64,000 nt of DNA from Marsupella aquatica (Eukaryota; Plantae; Marchantiophyta): assembly GCA_973895155.1 (NCBI GenBank), contig OZ316893.1:25223520-25287519 (forward strand), in the 5' to 3' direction. This document shows, piece by piece, positions 13,901-27,835 of this stretch. Under the pieces are notes generated by a model. That model saw only the letters and a list, made by a program, of their open reading frames with translations, was not told the DNA's origin and ran no database searches. Positions within the stretch are counted from its first letter, which is position 1. Every line of letters begins with the position of its first letter. Position numbers and translations under genes: made by a program.

Positions 13901-16900
13901 AAACTCTAAGCTGTCTGGTAGATAAGTCAGGGCTACCTTGGAAAAATTATAGGGTAATGTGCAATGAAAGGCTTATCTATTGTCCATCAACTTATCTAAA
14001 TCTTGTTTAAGAGATTGTTTCGCGAAGTATTCGTAAAAGGGATTTGACTTCTGTAACCAGATTAGATGTACTACAGATGTTCCACAAACAAGACCAGAAC
14101 TCTACGTTTGATAATTGGTATCTGCTTTTGTTGTAATCGTACGGGTTTGCTTCTACAGGTCCAGTTCAAATCGTTTGCTCAAATAGAAGCGGAGAAAAAT
14201 CTGTTCTCCTTTGCGAGAATTGTTGGTTCGGAACTCCTAGAAAATGCATCCAAGTCTGGTTTTGGAGGAATCGGCATCACTGTCGGAGAATTTGTGGGTA
14301 ATTTTATGTCAATCGTAAATAGAAGCGTCGATTTATTTGAGCCTGAAAATGCGGCCCTTAAAATTTCGAATACATCTGCGTCTGCCGAGGAAACCCAGCA
14401 GATAAGTAAGGGTCGAGTGTCAGACTCCGAGGATGCAGAAGGACCTGCACCAAAAACCATGGTAGCGCACAAAGGAGGGTCTAACAAGCCAAAAGTAGGT
14501 ACCCCGATCAACGAGACGTCTAGCGCTAAGGAAACAAATGGCGGCCTGTTTGGAAAAGCTTCGGATCCCTTGCCAGCACTAAAGGAAGTATTTGAAGGCT
14601 TGATAAAGCAGACGAAAGTTATTGTTCGGGGATGGGCTGTCTCGAACAAGTCTCCAGGGGAAACCCAGGGTGGCGAGCAAGTGGAACCCACGGCGAAAGA
14701 ATCCGGAATACCAATAACAACAAGGACAGATTCCACAGAAGATGAGAAGGCGGACTGTAGGAAGCGAGAAGATGTTACTAATGAGATATTAGATGGAATA
14801 AAGACAGCGGTGTTTAACACTGCAGAGAGTGCCATGCAAGCTTGGGCCTTGCTAGCTACAACCCTCGGAGGAACAGGCTTTGTCAAGACAGATTTTGAAA
14901 AAATATGTTTTGTAGAAAATAAGGAGACAGACACACAGGTGAGCAGACTCTACACAGCTATGTATATAGTATATTATGGACTGCTTGGTTGATGGTGAAG
15001 GTTGTCAATTACGGTTAGCACTGCTGCAGTTACTTTCCTCGTGCTTTCCTAACCCAGTGGGGCTTGTGAAGTCATTGTCAATCTTCTCGACAGCAAGTTT
15101 TCACCTGTGCTGTGTTCATATCTGCTTAGGTGGCCCTTTGGAGAGATTTGAGCCGCCAAATAATAGTTGTCGCCTTTCGCGGGACACAACAGGTCTAACT
15201 TAGTATCCCATATCACAACTTTGTAACTACTTACCATTTGCAGTTTACTTTCTTGTTCCTATTGTTCCTGTGAACCGGTCTGAAATTTGTTCTGTTGAGA
15301 AAGTTCAGAAGCTCTTGTCATTTATCACTTAGTATCATTCGCAACACAATTCGTTTTCTGCCTAAACGCTGTTTCTTGGTGGATCTATCAATCCACGAAA
15401 GGCTCCTCACCACACTGTGTTTGTGTGGTTGTGTGATTGCAGACAAACTGGAGAGACGTGGTAACGGACTTAAGTCTACTCGCAGCTGGGTAAGGAAGAA
15501 TCACCCCGTTCAACTTTTTTCCTAGTCCCGAAGGGCACTGTACAGGTGTTGCCCTGTATGTCGTACTTCTAAGTCTTTGAAATGGACTCAATCGTACTCA
15601 CAGACAATTCTAGTTTATGCCTGGCAGGGTGGAGAGAATTGGTCTCATTGAAGCTTATCTAAACGACTGTCTCTCTCGTCACGTCTGCATTTGTAGTCGA
15701 TGATTTGTGCTAGGCATTGGGGAATTTGCGGGGAAAATTGACTTTTAATGTTTTTTCGCAACTGAGCAGCTTGAATCTTGAGCATGTTAGTGGTGGAAGA
15801 AACCACGAGCATGAACCTTTGGTGAGAATTTTTTGGTCTCTACTGGAGACTAAGTTTCCCAATTTTATTGTTCAATAACGATGGCATTATGATTAATCAA
15901 TTCCCTGAAGTATTGCACTTCAGCAACATGCTTTTGCGATGAACTCTTGTTCTAGCAAAATTTTAGGAGCCCTTTCATTGTGGCAGGTGCATAGCGGCTT
16001 TCGTCAAGCCTACAAGTCTGTAAACACAAAAGTTCGTTCGCTTGTTCAAGCTTCTATGGATTCCAGGTATCTTTTCAAAATTTGCCTGCTAAACACTACT
16101 GTTCGTTTGTTTGACCAGCAGAGAAAGTAAGTTGTATTGGCTTCCTACGGTACCCTCCAATAGATGTGCGCACTTCGTGCACACATCAAGACAAGTGGTC
16201 GACGCATTTTTGATAGGGTTTTTTCGACCAAGATGGCAAGTAGACTATGTGTGCATCACCGTCCCCCAAGCTCCTTTGTGTTCTGTATGACCCTTGACTA
16301 TTCTCCTTGGATGTGAGGGATTAACTTGTATGCTGGTGCATTATTTGGATTGCAGCATTGAACCTGGTGGTGATAGTCAATGGCATATTTACGTGACCGG
16401 GCACAGCCTAGGGGCAGCCTTAGCAACGCTGTCCGCTTTCGACTTATCGTCAAATAAGTTTGCTAAGTACGAACGACGCCTGTCGCAGAAAACCAAGCAA
16501 AGGTTTTGCTCAGTGTGAAAGCATCGTTTATGACTATCAGATTTGTAGCTACTTCTGCTCTATTATCTGGTATCAAGAATCCAACCCCAGGCAGTTCGCC
16601 TCTACAATTTTAAACCTGGTGAAATTTTCGTGCTTACAGATTTCTGGTAGATGTCTCCACCAAGGTTTACCTCCTCCTGCAGTAACAAGTTGGCATGTGG
16701 GTATTTTGTACAGGGATCACAACGTTCGTGTGACCATGTACAACTATGGCTCACCTCGAGTTGGAAACAGAGTCTTTGCGGACAAGTATAATGAGGTGCT
16801 ACTCCTTTGTTCTTTCCCAGTGACTTGTGTGAAGCTCGCAAACCAATAATATTATATGCAGTGTTTATCATCGAAAGGACCCTGATGGCACGAGAAAATG

Positions 16901-18232
16901 CATGGCCTGTACAGTATAACTATTGACATGCTTTCCGTGCTTCTGGTGAATTTGGCTCTCAGATAGTCAAGGACAGCTGGCGAGTAGTAAACCACCAGGA
17001 CATTGTTCCGACTGTTCCACGGCTTATGGGATATTGCCACATTGCTCAACCAATCTATCTTACTTCAGAGAAATCCCCAGTGGTGTGTCTGCGTGATGCT
17101 CTAACTTTGAAGAATATTTGAACTGCCTATGTGAACTACTGGTCTTTGTCATACCATAAAGAGGATTCTTTTAGGTTGTGTACTCCGTTCGCTTCCTGAC
17201 ATGTACAAGTTCTTGTCCATCGGAGATATTGTAACGTTAATGTAGCAATTTATGCGAGAGAACGAGAACAGGCACAAGCTTATTCTATTTGGAATTCCCA
17301 ATTAGCTGTGTGTTTCTCCTTGTCATTAGATAACAACGTGCTCCCGCTGTGAAGTCGCCCCTTTCATCAGTTGAGTCGTCAATTATTCTTGTTATACTAA
17401 CTCCTCTATAAAAACCCAATTGTCCTCCGATATTTTGTACGACTTCAGTCGAATCTCTTGGATGATGGCTATAATGGGGATGTAATCGGAGAAGCCACAC
17501 CCGACGTCATCTTAAATGACTTTGTCAGTACCCCCCTTCACCAGTTACAGACCTGTTTTCTTCTTCGCAAACATTTGTGTATGTTGAGTTCCCATTAAGT
17601 GGATGATTGGAGCAATGATTGGAGCTATGCTTGGATCTCTGTAATTTATCGCTGTCTCATTCTGGTTATCATCCTGCTTGGTTTTTTCTCTTACTACTGT
17701 CTCCAAGCCGAAAACCAAGTTAGATCCTGGTGTGAATCTCCTGGATGGGGAAATCCAGTGGTAACCAGTTTGTCCTGGTCTACACAGATGAAAGGAGAGC
17801 AAATAATGCTTCAAAAGTTGCTCCACTCAGAGATTTCAATACTTCGGGCCGTGCGGGATGGAAGTGCATTCATACAACACATGGAAAACTTCTATTACAT
17901 GACATTGTTGCAGGTACACGTTGGGATAAGTACAAATTCGCCTGCTGATTCACATAGGATTTAGCAGCAAGTAAAGTTTTTATATTGTTGTGGTAGCACC
18001 TAGAAACGTTAATTGAGTTTCTGGTATCATTGGGTCTGGAAAGCATCGGTTTACCCGCTTGGCTAAACACATGTTTCTTCTAGACTCTTCCACAGATGTA
18101 TCTTGTGAAATTTCACGCGCTGCTAATACTTCCATGCTACATCAATGACAGCGCTAACTTCAGGGGCTTTTTGTTGAAAATGTGCCTAATGCTTTTTGAT
18201 TTGTGCAGTGTGTCGAATCCAGAGGCAGGTAG
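10966..18232 (+). CDS. C2-domain / class-3 lipase, paralog 2, complete, with probable plastid transit peptide (architecture like Arabidopsis At4g13550/HIL1-type lipases)
   Basis: Exon 1 at 10966-~11349 has an S/R-rich N-terminus then PFDLHLAVLLAGFAFESY. C2-domain exons: GTSDPFVVL (~12685), PVWNEKLTL (~12927), VAAWDAN (~13396), LEGMGGGGRVFLE (~13754). Large exon at 14159-14938. Then VVAFRGTQQ, VHSGF, VTGHSLGA (~16390), YNYGSPRVGN, RVVNHQDIVP, QHMENFYY and last exon 18209-18232 (CVESRGR*). Exon structure is collinear with paralog 1. Confidence 0.9.
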
Positions 18233-21213
18233 TTACAACAAAATGGTGTCAAAAAGCTTGTAAGTTTACAAATGACGATACGCATGCTTTGTCTTGAACT
18301 TCCACTTGAGCAGCGTTGTTCAGAAGTTGTTCAGAGGCAATCTACGCGAACTAGATTCTAAAATTGAACTATGTGTTCATAAAGCCACCCCTTGTTTGCA
18401 AATTGGACAGAAGGCTTGTGACAAATAGTGTGGGTCATGAGTAAGTGGTGACCGCGGTGTTACGAAATTGATATTGAGTCCTGATCCCGGTCCTGATGGT
18501 AACCTTGCAGTAAGCTTTTACATTACATTTTCAGCGGTATTTATTAGTTTTGTCCTGAAAATTTGCCGGTTTGTACCTTCCATTGCCCATTCTGCAGGTC
18601 CCTGGACTTTAAAACTCAGTCATGCATTCATGGATGAGTGCAGTCTTTCCGGTGTATGATAATTTTTTCCTGCTGGCCTGCTGGCCACCGTTGCCAGTTG
18701 TACAGTTAATAGTCCCTGATGGAAAGCAGGAACACAGGTAGACACTGAATTGAGATCAGAAGCACAGCTATTCAGGTGCCAATGAACTTCTCGTTTGGTC
18801 ACTAATACCATTGTATATCCACAGAAATTTGTAAATGCCGACTATATCTGCCATATGCCACTGTTGTGATCTTATGCAGGGTTTCCAACTCGATACTACA
18901 CCTAGAGATATGGCTGAGTGAATTAGTAAGAGATTACTTAGCTGACTTCCTGTTGGGAAGCTGGTAAATTTTGGAATAGAGTAGTGCTGGGGACACTGCA
19001 CCATCAACTGTGCGGTTCATTTTTTAGGATTGTGAACAGCTCATCACCAAAAAACAACTTGCCACCAATCGACATTAGAGTTCAAATACTTTAGTATTGT
19101 AGGATCATCATTTCTACACATATTTGCAGAGTGAAACCTATTAATTTATTCCCAACACACTGAGAATGGCTTGAAACTTTTGGAAAATGTGGCTCAAACA
19201 GGACATACTTTTTGTTGTTGCGCAGTGTAGTCTACTACAGAGGTAGTAAATGGCACGCCAGATTGGAACTTTACCTTCTATGGGAAGGAGAGGATGTGAC
19301 ACCATTTCTGTAATCGGAGCTTGAGTTAAGATACACAATTTCATATATTTCTGTCTATGAGCAAGTGAAAGAGTGAGACGGGGAGTGAGATTTTTGATTG
19401 ACCTAGACAGGGTACTTTGATATTTCTACTATAATTCGTGATCAAAGTTTACTGTTCATGACCTACTCAATATACTGAGCTAAAGGCCGTAATGTTTTTG
19501 GTAACAAAAATTCGTTAAAATAAGGTTGTGAGTAGGATGGCACAGGGAGCCTGGGTACAAGGAGCCCTGGCTTGTTTTGCATATCCATTGGTGAATGTTA
19601 GTTGCTTTGCATATTATGCCAGAAATTAGTGTTAAAACTCTAGGTTCAACCTGGTGAAAAATTAAGTCAAGTTTATTATCATTTAGAAATCAGGGTTATT
19701 ATTGGATCTAGAAATCACCTCTAGAATGTCAGACGTGTGCATTTCTACTTCCCATTTAAAAGACCAGTTACAGGTAAAACTATCACATAGAACAGTGCAA
19801 AGAACAAAGGGCTCCATACAGAGAGACATGATCCCAAAGGCAGCAAACCCAAGAACGGGGAAACAAAAGAAAAGTCTGGGAAGACCAGAGTCAGCCAAAA
19901 AGCGCAAGTCACAAAGCAAAACAGTCCCTAACAACCGCCAAAGAACTGGAGCCTTACTGAGCAACAGACTGAAAAGTCTGGTAAAGCTTATAAGAAGATC
20001 AGGAAGAAGAATTTGACTAGAAGCCCTAAACCAACTGCCTCAACCCAACAAGGGTCCCAAGCCAAGAACCTCAAACTGGCAGAAAACACCACCCACATGT
20101 GCCCCAAAACGGCTGCTAGAAAGTGCTGTCAGCACTGTTGTGTCTAAGATGATTATTTTAATTAATAAATTTAGGTATCATATGATAAGCTTTTCTATAC
20201 TTTTTCAATAAGTCAAAAGAGGAAAGCATTGAAAAGAACATGTTATTTCACAACCCTGGAAGATAGTTTCTCAATCTATATAGGCATAAGGGTCTCAGTA
20301 TTCACCCCAACCTATCTTTCTTTTTCTGTTTTGAAGTACCCTTTACTAACAAGGAAATGCAACAGTGCAGCCGAGTCAGCCCCAGTAGAGACTGACTGAG
20401 GGGTCAGGTAAGTCAAGACACTTCCTGACCACTGAACCACAACCTATCTTTCAAGTGCTAATCCTTGCAGATGACCAGGCATGCAAGAGTGTGTTTCTTG
20501 GGTATTCCATTTAGTCATTTATTGCACCACTCAGGTCTTAATTTTCTGTTGCAAATGTCTTCCTGTAATGTTGTTAACTGAACGAGTGAAGTAGTTGTGT
20601 TGGGACCTGGAAAACTCAAAGCAGTATTTAAAAGGTAGGTCAAGATTAATGCAACCATTATTCCCAAATATACAAGACAGCAGCCGAGAGACAGGAGGAA
20701 TGAGACAGTCAAGCATATCACTGTGTTTAGTCTTTGTAACCATTAAAATATTGGGGTGCTGAAGTTTATAGTATAGTAGATGGAGACTACCACCAAAGTT
20801 ATATTGGAACCTAAGAGCATCTCCACCAGTATGGCGACCAAGTCTTTGCAAATCATATTGATAGTTGTGAGTGTCATAGGATTTCAATTTCTGAATTGCC
20901 ATCTAAAACAACAACAAAATTCCAAGCTGACCACTATTCCCAAAATTATAGTTTGTACTTTCAAATAGGTCTAAACTATGTGCAAATCAATCCTCGGTTG
21001 TATCACTTTGACCCTCAATGAAAGTGGAGGTCTGCATGATGGAGTCTCGGACAGCGTGCTTTGGCAACTGCCATTCTTTCTAAAACTAGCAATCATGAGT
21101 TAGGATTTGGATTTGTACCACCCCATAAGTCAGGGTTTATGCCTTTGGGATTAGGCAAAACAACCCAATAAAGGGAAAGAAAAAGAAGAGGGAAGGGACC
21201 CAAGAGGTCTAAC

Positions 21214-21910
21214 TGTTGAGCATAGACAACAATTGCAACGGCAAACCCATGAACCATCCAACGTACAAGAGTCGACACAAAGAGATACGTGGTTCACCTC
21301 CACATGAGGCTACATCCACGGGAACACACATGAACTTTACTGCACTCTAGGCCGACTGGCCATACCAAGCATCCACAGCGCAAGCTCTCTCTATTTTGTT
21401 AGATATTGCTCTAGTCTTGTGACTCATGAGCTAACCATAGTTAGTCTAACTTGGGTTAGGATTTGCTAAAGTTAGTGGTAGTGTTGTTGTGTATATAGTC
21501 AGGGCTGATGCCAGACCCTGGTGGAACTTAGGCTCATTGTTACGGAGCTAGTTGAGAGATAGGGAGAGCTTGTGCTATGGATGCTTGGTATGGCCGGTCG
21601 GCCTAGAGTGCAGTAAAGCTCTTGTGTGTTCCCGTGGACGTAGCCTCATGTGGAGGTGAACCACGTATCTCTATGTGTCAACTCTTGTGCGTTGGATGGT
21701 TCATGGGCTTGCCATTGCGAATGTCGTCTATGCTCAACATATCTCTCAACTAGCTCCGTAACAATGAGCCTAAGTAAGTTCCCACTCTCCAAGCAAACAC
21801 AGTTTGGTTATAGAGTGTGCACAACATGACTAACCTAACCAAGTCTACGACTAAGGTTAGCCTTAACTACGGTACAGTCGTAACTCTAGACCTAAGAGTA
21901 AATTCTAACA
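21214..21910. mobile_element. Solo LTR (outer), interrupted by a nested LTR
   Basis: TGTTG...TAACA termini with 5-bp TSD CTAAC (21209-21213 and 21911-21915). Contains the acgtggttcacc motif shared with 40862-41193. Confidence 0.85.
21397..21739 (-). mobile_element. Solo LTR of the same family, inserted in opposite orientation inside the outer LTR
   Basis: TGTTA...CAACA termini; TSD tattt / tatct (1 mismatch) at 21392-21396 and 21740-21744. Its right part is the reverse complement of 21214-~21390. Confidence 0.85.
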
Positions 21911-23275
21911 CTAACAAGGCAAGGAGTCCCCCATCACAACCTAGGAACAACGACAAGAACCAAGAGCCCCCAAAGGAACAAAGAAGACTAAAACCCTACT
22001 CTGCGGAGAACTGAAAAGCTTGGTAGAGTTCCAGAGTATATGCGGGTCACAAAGTGGAATCTGTCTAGAGACCCTAAAACCAATGGCCTCGTCCTATGAA
22101 GGATAGTGAAAGCCTGAGCCCTTTGAAGAGCCACTGATACCCTGTGTCTAAAGAAGGCAGTAAAGGACACAGAGAGGAAGAAAAGATCTCCGCTCAATAC
22201 AAACAAAAAAAACCACAAGCCCTGAGTAACTGGTCAGAGATGGCATGGAAGACTCTTATAAGACTTGAGTCATGGAATAAGTCATTCTCGCATGGCCAAC
22301 TTGTGAGATGCACTAGTATTCTAGTATTTTAAAATCATTTGGCCCTATAGAGGGTGAAAGGGAGCACTGGTGGAGAACCTCTACTGTAGTTGGGACCCTC
22401 GAAAAACCATTTCAGAATTTTTAGGCTCCTTCTTCGCTCCTAGTCCAACCTATACAATCTCTCTTTGTACACGGACCCACATCAGTGATGGAAATGAGTT
22501 CTCCTTGGGACCTTTGAGCATTTTTTCCCCTCGTTGGCTGGCCAATGTAGATGCCATCTGCAATGTGGACGACACACTCAGTGTCTGCGTTAAGTTTCGA
22601 GGCAAAATCAAGAAAGAAGCATCTGCAGTACAGTAAGAACAATCAATTCGACGGAGGCTGTGACGTCGTTCTTTGATAGTCAGGACTGCTTACAGTGAAC
22701 TTCGGCAAGGATGTATATTCAATTCAGGTTCAATTCAGAGTATCTGGCTAGCTCGAATCGTCTGGAGCTGTACATATCGACTGAATTCGGTGTATTATTT
22801 CGGTGATCCAGAAAGAGAGTCAAGCAAGTCTTACTGAGCGGGATGGGCGCTTTGAATTGATGCATGTGACGGGAAGAAGACTTCCGACGCTGGAAGGATT
22901 TCTTTGAGGACGTCATCGTGCTTCGAAGGAGGCTCCTGACCTTGAGTGCCTCTTTGACGAGGTCAGTTGAACATACTAAGTTATGTTTGTCCCCTTTTTT
23001 GATGGTGGGATTTGTTTGTGTTTATGAGTAGCAATGGACTGGGGAAGGCTTTCCTTAATTCGTTGTACTCAAGATCAGCAAGAGTGGGTCCTTTGGGAAA
23101 ACAACAAAGCCCCTTTGAGGGTGATCCAGCCCTAAGCTCATGATGGAAACATAGTTTACAGAGCTTCCATCATTCTGCATCCTTGTCCCCAAGAATGAAG
23201 TAACTGTGATGACCTTCTAGGTTTTGGAGAAACATCGGATGTACAATAGTTTCTCTTACCATCTCTGTTCTGTAG

Positions 23276-26200
23276 ATGGCAGAAGAATTAGCTGTAGTAG
23301 TTCCGGCATCCACAAACACGCAGCCTTTGCCTCCCTTCAAGCATTTGCACACGCGGGAGTATTCGGCTCACAAGAAGAAGGTTAGTGTAAACTGTGACCA
23401 ATTTTTTTATGAATTCTGGCAAATTTTTAAAAATAAAATCTTAAGACGAGCTGAAGTTCGCCAAAGGAGGTTGTCAATGATTGAGTTGTTGAAGAGGAGC
23501 CTTGCTCTTGTACAAATTGTGTTGCTTTGCTGTGGGAGTCTATGCTATAGCCTCGGTTTAGACCGAAATTCCATTTATGCGGTGAGCTGAATTCAACCGA
23601 TTCCTCGGATAAGTGGGCTGCACACCAGTAAAGAGCTCAGTAGGTGTTTGAGAATCGGCGCGCATGATGTTTGTGGTTCTACTGATAGTTTGTATGCGGT
23701 TTATGGTCAGGCAAGACTGGGACAACAGCTTAGGGTCTGCAGCGACCTAAACACTTGCTTCACAGGTTTCTGAATCACCTTGCAAGGTTCTGAACTAAAA
23801 TAACACCCAGTTCCTTCGCTGAAAGTTAAACTCTCGCGTTGCAATGTGGTGACAGGTACATTCTGTAGCATGGAATTGTCAAGGGAAGAAACTTGCTTCT
23901 GGATCCGTGGATCAAACTGCTCGTATATGGAACATTGAGCTTCATGGTTCCGTGAGTACTTCCAGCGCCTCTATGTTTTTGCTCTCGCTTTTAATGGTTG
24001 TGCAATTGGCAGTCGACATTATTTGGTGTCGCAGACATTGATGGTTGTTACCACTGGTCAGCACAGAAATCATTTAAATCTGTTCGTGTACAAATTGGGG
24101 CGGCTTTAAGCCAGGGAAATTCTCTCCACGTTCCAGATTGCGGTCGTAGCATTCTGGTAGAAGTCCCCTGTTTTTGGGTGGTAAGATAATTGGCGTAGAT
24201 AATATGACCAGAGGCTAAACCTGCCATCTAGTGCAATCCTATCATCTGTGTATAAGGTATTTAGGGTTTAGGGTCTATCGTATTTCTCACCAAGTGTCTT
24301 TTGTGTGCTTGTAAAGAACAAAGCCAAGGATATTGAACTGAAGGGGCACACTGACAGTGTCGATCAGCTTTGCTGGGACCCAAAACATGGCGACCTACTA
24401 GCTACGGCTTCTGGCGATAAAACCGTTCGCCTTTGGGATGCTCGTAGTGAGTCTAAATTACATGTCTTCACTCTCTTGTCCTTTTTATCTTAGGTTCGTG
24501 TGTTCACTAGGTTTTTTGAACTTACTTTCTTGTAATTCTAAGATTCTTTGTTGATAATCTTTCGTCTGGAATTTCATAAGCGTTTCTCAGCACATTTGTG
24601 TCGTGGTTTATGGGACGGATATTTGGAATGGCGGGATGTATACCAATCTCGGCAACTGTTATTTAACTCAACAACTTTTAATGCAGCTGGCAAATGTTCT
24701 CAACAAGTGGAGTTGAGTGGTGAGAACATCAACATTACTTTCAAGCCTGATGGAAGTCATATTGCGGTTGGCAATAGGGTAAGTCATAGCTTCTCCACAT
24801 ACCCGAAAGTATTCCTCTGGACATACTTTCTTCTGCCAAAAGAACAGGCGTGCACCAAGCCTGCGGATTGATTTGTTGTTTAGAGAGCTCCTGTGACATT
24901 ACACACCTGAACTACTGTTGCCATTGTTTTTAAGAACTATACGGAAGGTGGGCTGACACAGTATTCCAGTGGTCTGGCTGTAGTAAGTTCCGATTCTGCA
25001 ATTTCAATTATGTGCTAAATCAAACTTTGAGCTTAGGATGCCTGTTTTCAAGACGGACAGTCATAGGACTCCGTAATAATTGAAAAGAAATCCGAAGCCC
25101 GCTCAAGGGTGGGCTTTTTCTGTGCTGTTTGACTCCCACGAGGTAGTTCTTACTGTAGGTGTATGGAAAAGCAGTTTTCGTGTCGCGTTTCCCGTATATG
25201 TTCGAGTTATCTGAGTAGAGCATAGACCAAGGAAAGTTATTGAACTTCTCCAAATTATACCTCTGTGCAGGATGATGAGCTCACAATCATTGATGTGCGG
25301 AAGTTTAAAGCGATACACAAGAGGAAGTTTAATTACGAGGTGGAGTAGCTTTTGACGTATTTCTATGTTACATCCTGTTCTGGATAACCATCGCCGTTCA
25401 GATTGCGGATGTGAAACCTTTTGATCGATAAGATGTTGCCATAAAGCTACGTAGAGTTCGTACTGACCTAGCAAACAATATTTGTTTGTGAAATGCATGC
25501 CTCTGATAGCTTGAGAACTGATTGGTTTGCTTTTGATGGAAAGTGCAGGTGAATGAAATAGCATGGAACACTACAGGAGAATTGTTTTTCTTGACTACTG
25601 GAAATGGTAGTTTATCCTCTTTACTAAATTGACCTTGAGCCAAGGATTGTTAATCTAAGTTTCATCTGAAGTACTAGCGCTACAATCTCAAAAGACAAGA
25701 GGCATTAAGGGTCTCAGTGGGCACTCAATCTTATGACATGGTCTGTACGGAACTGGATGCTTTTCTTCTCAAGGATGACCACTGACTTGAGATCCCTCAT
25801 GTAGGGACGGTGGAAGTCTTAGCCTATCCATCGCTGCAAACGCTTCATACACTTGTTGCGCATACAGCAGGATGCTACTGCATTGCTATTGATCCGACTG
25901 GCAGGTGAGATATTTAATCTGTGTTTAAACCTATCACAGACAGGAATGTGTGTTCTGGTCAATATGATATATACTTTTCTTCTCTGTCTATTATTGCCGT
26001 GAGCATTAACCTGTCAGCATTCACTTAACTCTTAGGAAGTCGTCCGTTTTCCATTTGGCAGATACTTTGCAGTTGGAAGTGCGGATGCTCTAGTTAGCCT
26101 GTGGGATGTCTCAGAGATGCTGTGTGCCCGAACCTTTACCAAACTCGAGTGAGATCTTTCATCCCTTCCTGGAAATGCCAACTTGTTTGTGATGTCTTTT

Positions 26201-27006
26201 TATGTGGCCGACAAACTGGTGTACTGGCTCATGAAGGTGTACAGATACTCCGCCACCAGCAGTAGCTTTAGTCAAATTACTGGAACGTGGGCAAGCCCTT
26301 TACAACAGGGGCTAATTTTTAAGTGGCATGATCATGGTCACCCGCAGATGGCCTGTTCGAACAATTAGCTTCAACTACGATGGACAATATATTGCTTCTG
26401 CAAGTGAAGATTTATTTATTGATATTGTGAGTTGTCGCTCAGATCACTCACTATTCAGTGATTGCAAAGTTTGCGATTCGATTTGTCATGTATTGGAATT
26501 GGTATCTCAGGACTGTCTTCATTGAGAAGGATCTATCACGGATACGGTGTCAGCGTTTGCTTCCTATTTGCTTATGTGATTAAGGTTTTGTTCTAAACAC
26601 TCAGTATTGCCAAATGTTCTCCATGCAGTCAGAGGTGGAAAGTGGACGGTCAGTTCACCAAATCCCTTGTCGGGCAGCTATGAACAGTGTAGAGTGGAAT
26701 CCAAAGTACAACTTGCTTGCTTTTGCTGCGGATGATAAGAACAAGTATCAAGCTGATGAAGGTACTTGCTTTCTGACCAAAGAGTACGAGTGCATAGCTT
26801 TGACAAGTACATGGAAAATATGGGGTAATCTATTGTTCTTATCTTATCGTTGATGTTGTTCTTCGCAATACTCTTGGAGACTTGAAAGTCGCTTAAATGT
26901 ATCCTTGGTGACCAGAATTTAAAGCATGATCATTGTGTGAAATCCCATCTAATTGCTGATCTCTTTCGCAGGTGTGTTCAGGGTATTTGGATTTGAGACC
27001 GACTAG
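23276..27006 (+). CDS. THO3: THO complex subunit 3 (TEX1), WD40-repeat component of THO/TREX
   Basis: 11 coding exons: 23276-23380 (REYSAHKKK), ~23856-23951 (VHSVAWNCQGKKLASGSVDQTARIW), ~24316-24446 (LKGHTDSVDQLCWDPKH), ~24688-24778 (ELSGENINIT), ~25271-25339, ~25549-25607 (VNEIAWN), ~25806-25904 (AHTAGCYCIAIDP), ~26062-26148 (YFAVGSADALVSLWD), ~26348-26426 (WPVRTISFN), ~26629-26761 (CRAAMNSVEWNPK) and ~26972-27006 (VFRVFGFETD*). A probable 5'UTR intron (~22962-23275) ends tgtag|ATG. Confidence 0.95.
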
Positions 27007-27606
27007 ACTGCCCAATTCTCCAAATTTATCCTCGCATTTGATGGCTTGAGCGTAACCTTACCAATCGGCAATTTCAGGATCAATCGTTTTACACTGCACC
27101 CAGTTCAATTTATTTGATGTAGAGCTGTGATTGTTCTTCTGGGACGGATCGCACGTTATCTGGAAAAATGTTGAGAGGTCCCATTACTCGTCCATGGTTT
27201 TAGTAGAGTAGTTGGAGGTGATCCATGTCAAGTTTAGGTTGAGGCGAGACAGATTGAGATAAGACAGAGCTTGTGCTGGTAGCGGATAAGAGTAGTTAAT
27301 GGCTAAATTTCTCCAGAAGCTGGTGTTCACTAGCTTTCGATGAAATTGGAGGGATCGAGAAATAGCAGTGTTTTGATATGATGTACTTTCTCTCCGCAGC
27401 ATGTTGTGAGATCAATGGGGAAACGACAATGCCTCCTGCATTGCAATGAAATGATGACATTTTAATGGTTACGTTCATGTGATTGAACATCATTTTAAAG
27501 CACCAGGAAGCTTGATCACTTGGAATGGTATTGATCTAAAACTAGCCCAATGCCAGTGAATGCATACTGTTGTTGATGGTAAGTGATGTTGAGTGGAAAT
27601 GTTGTC

Positions 27607-27835
27607 GAGTATAAGTGAGATGATCAGGAAATTGAACAGTTGAACATAGTGGGAGGAAGTGAGTTGGTCCGCAATTGGAGAACAAGGAGAGATTTTGTTG
27701 GGTATAAGGGAGATGACCAGGAGTATAAGTGAGATGATCAGGAAATTGAACAGTTGAACATAGTGGGAGAAGTGAGTTGGTCTGCAATTGGATAACAAGG
27801 AGAGATTTTGTTGGGTATAAGGGAGATGACCAGGC
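27607..27835. repeat. ~115-bp tandem repeat, 2 copies plus a partial third
   Basis: gagtataagtgagatgatcaggaaattgaacagttgaacatagtggga... at 27607 and 27722; explains the repeated peptide in the - strand ORF 27490-27948. Confidence 0.9.

Noticed and set aside
14179-14934. 251-aa - strand ORF (also 200-571, 689-1108 and 51160-51504)
   Set aside because: Antisense shadows of the lipase and HYL1 coding exons.
24261-24274. tttagggtttaggg telomere/telo-box motif in THO3 intron 2
   Set aside because: Only two units; could be a telo-box but is too short to distinguish from chance.
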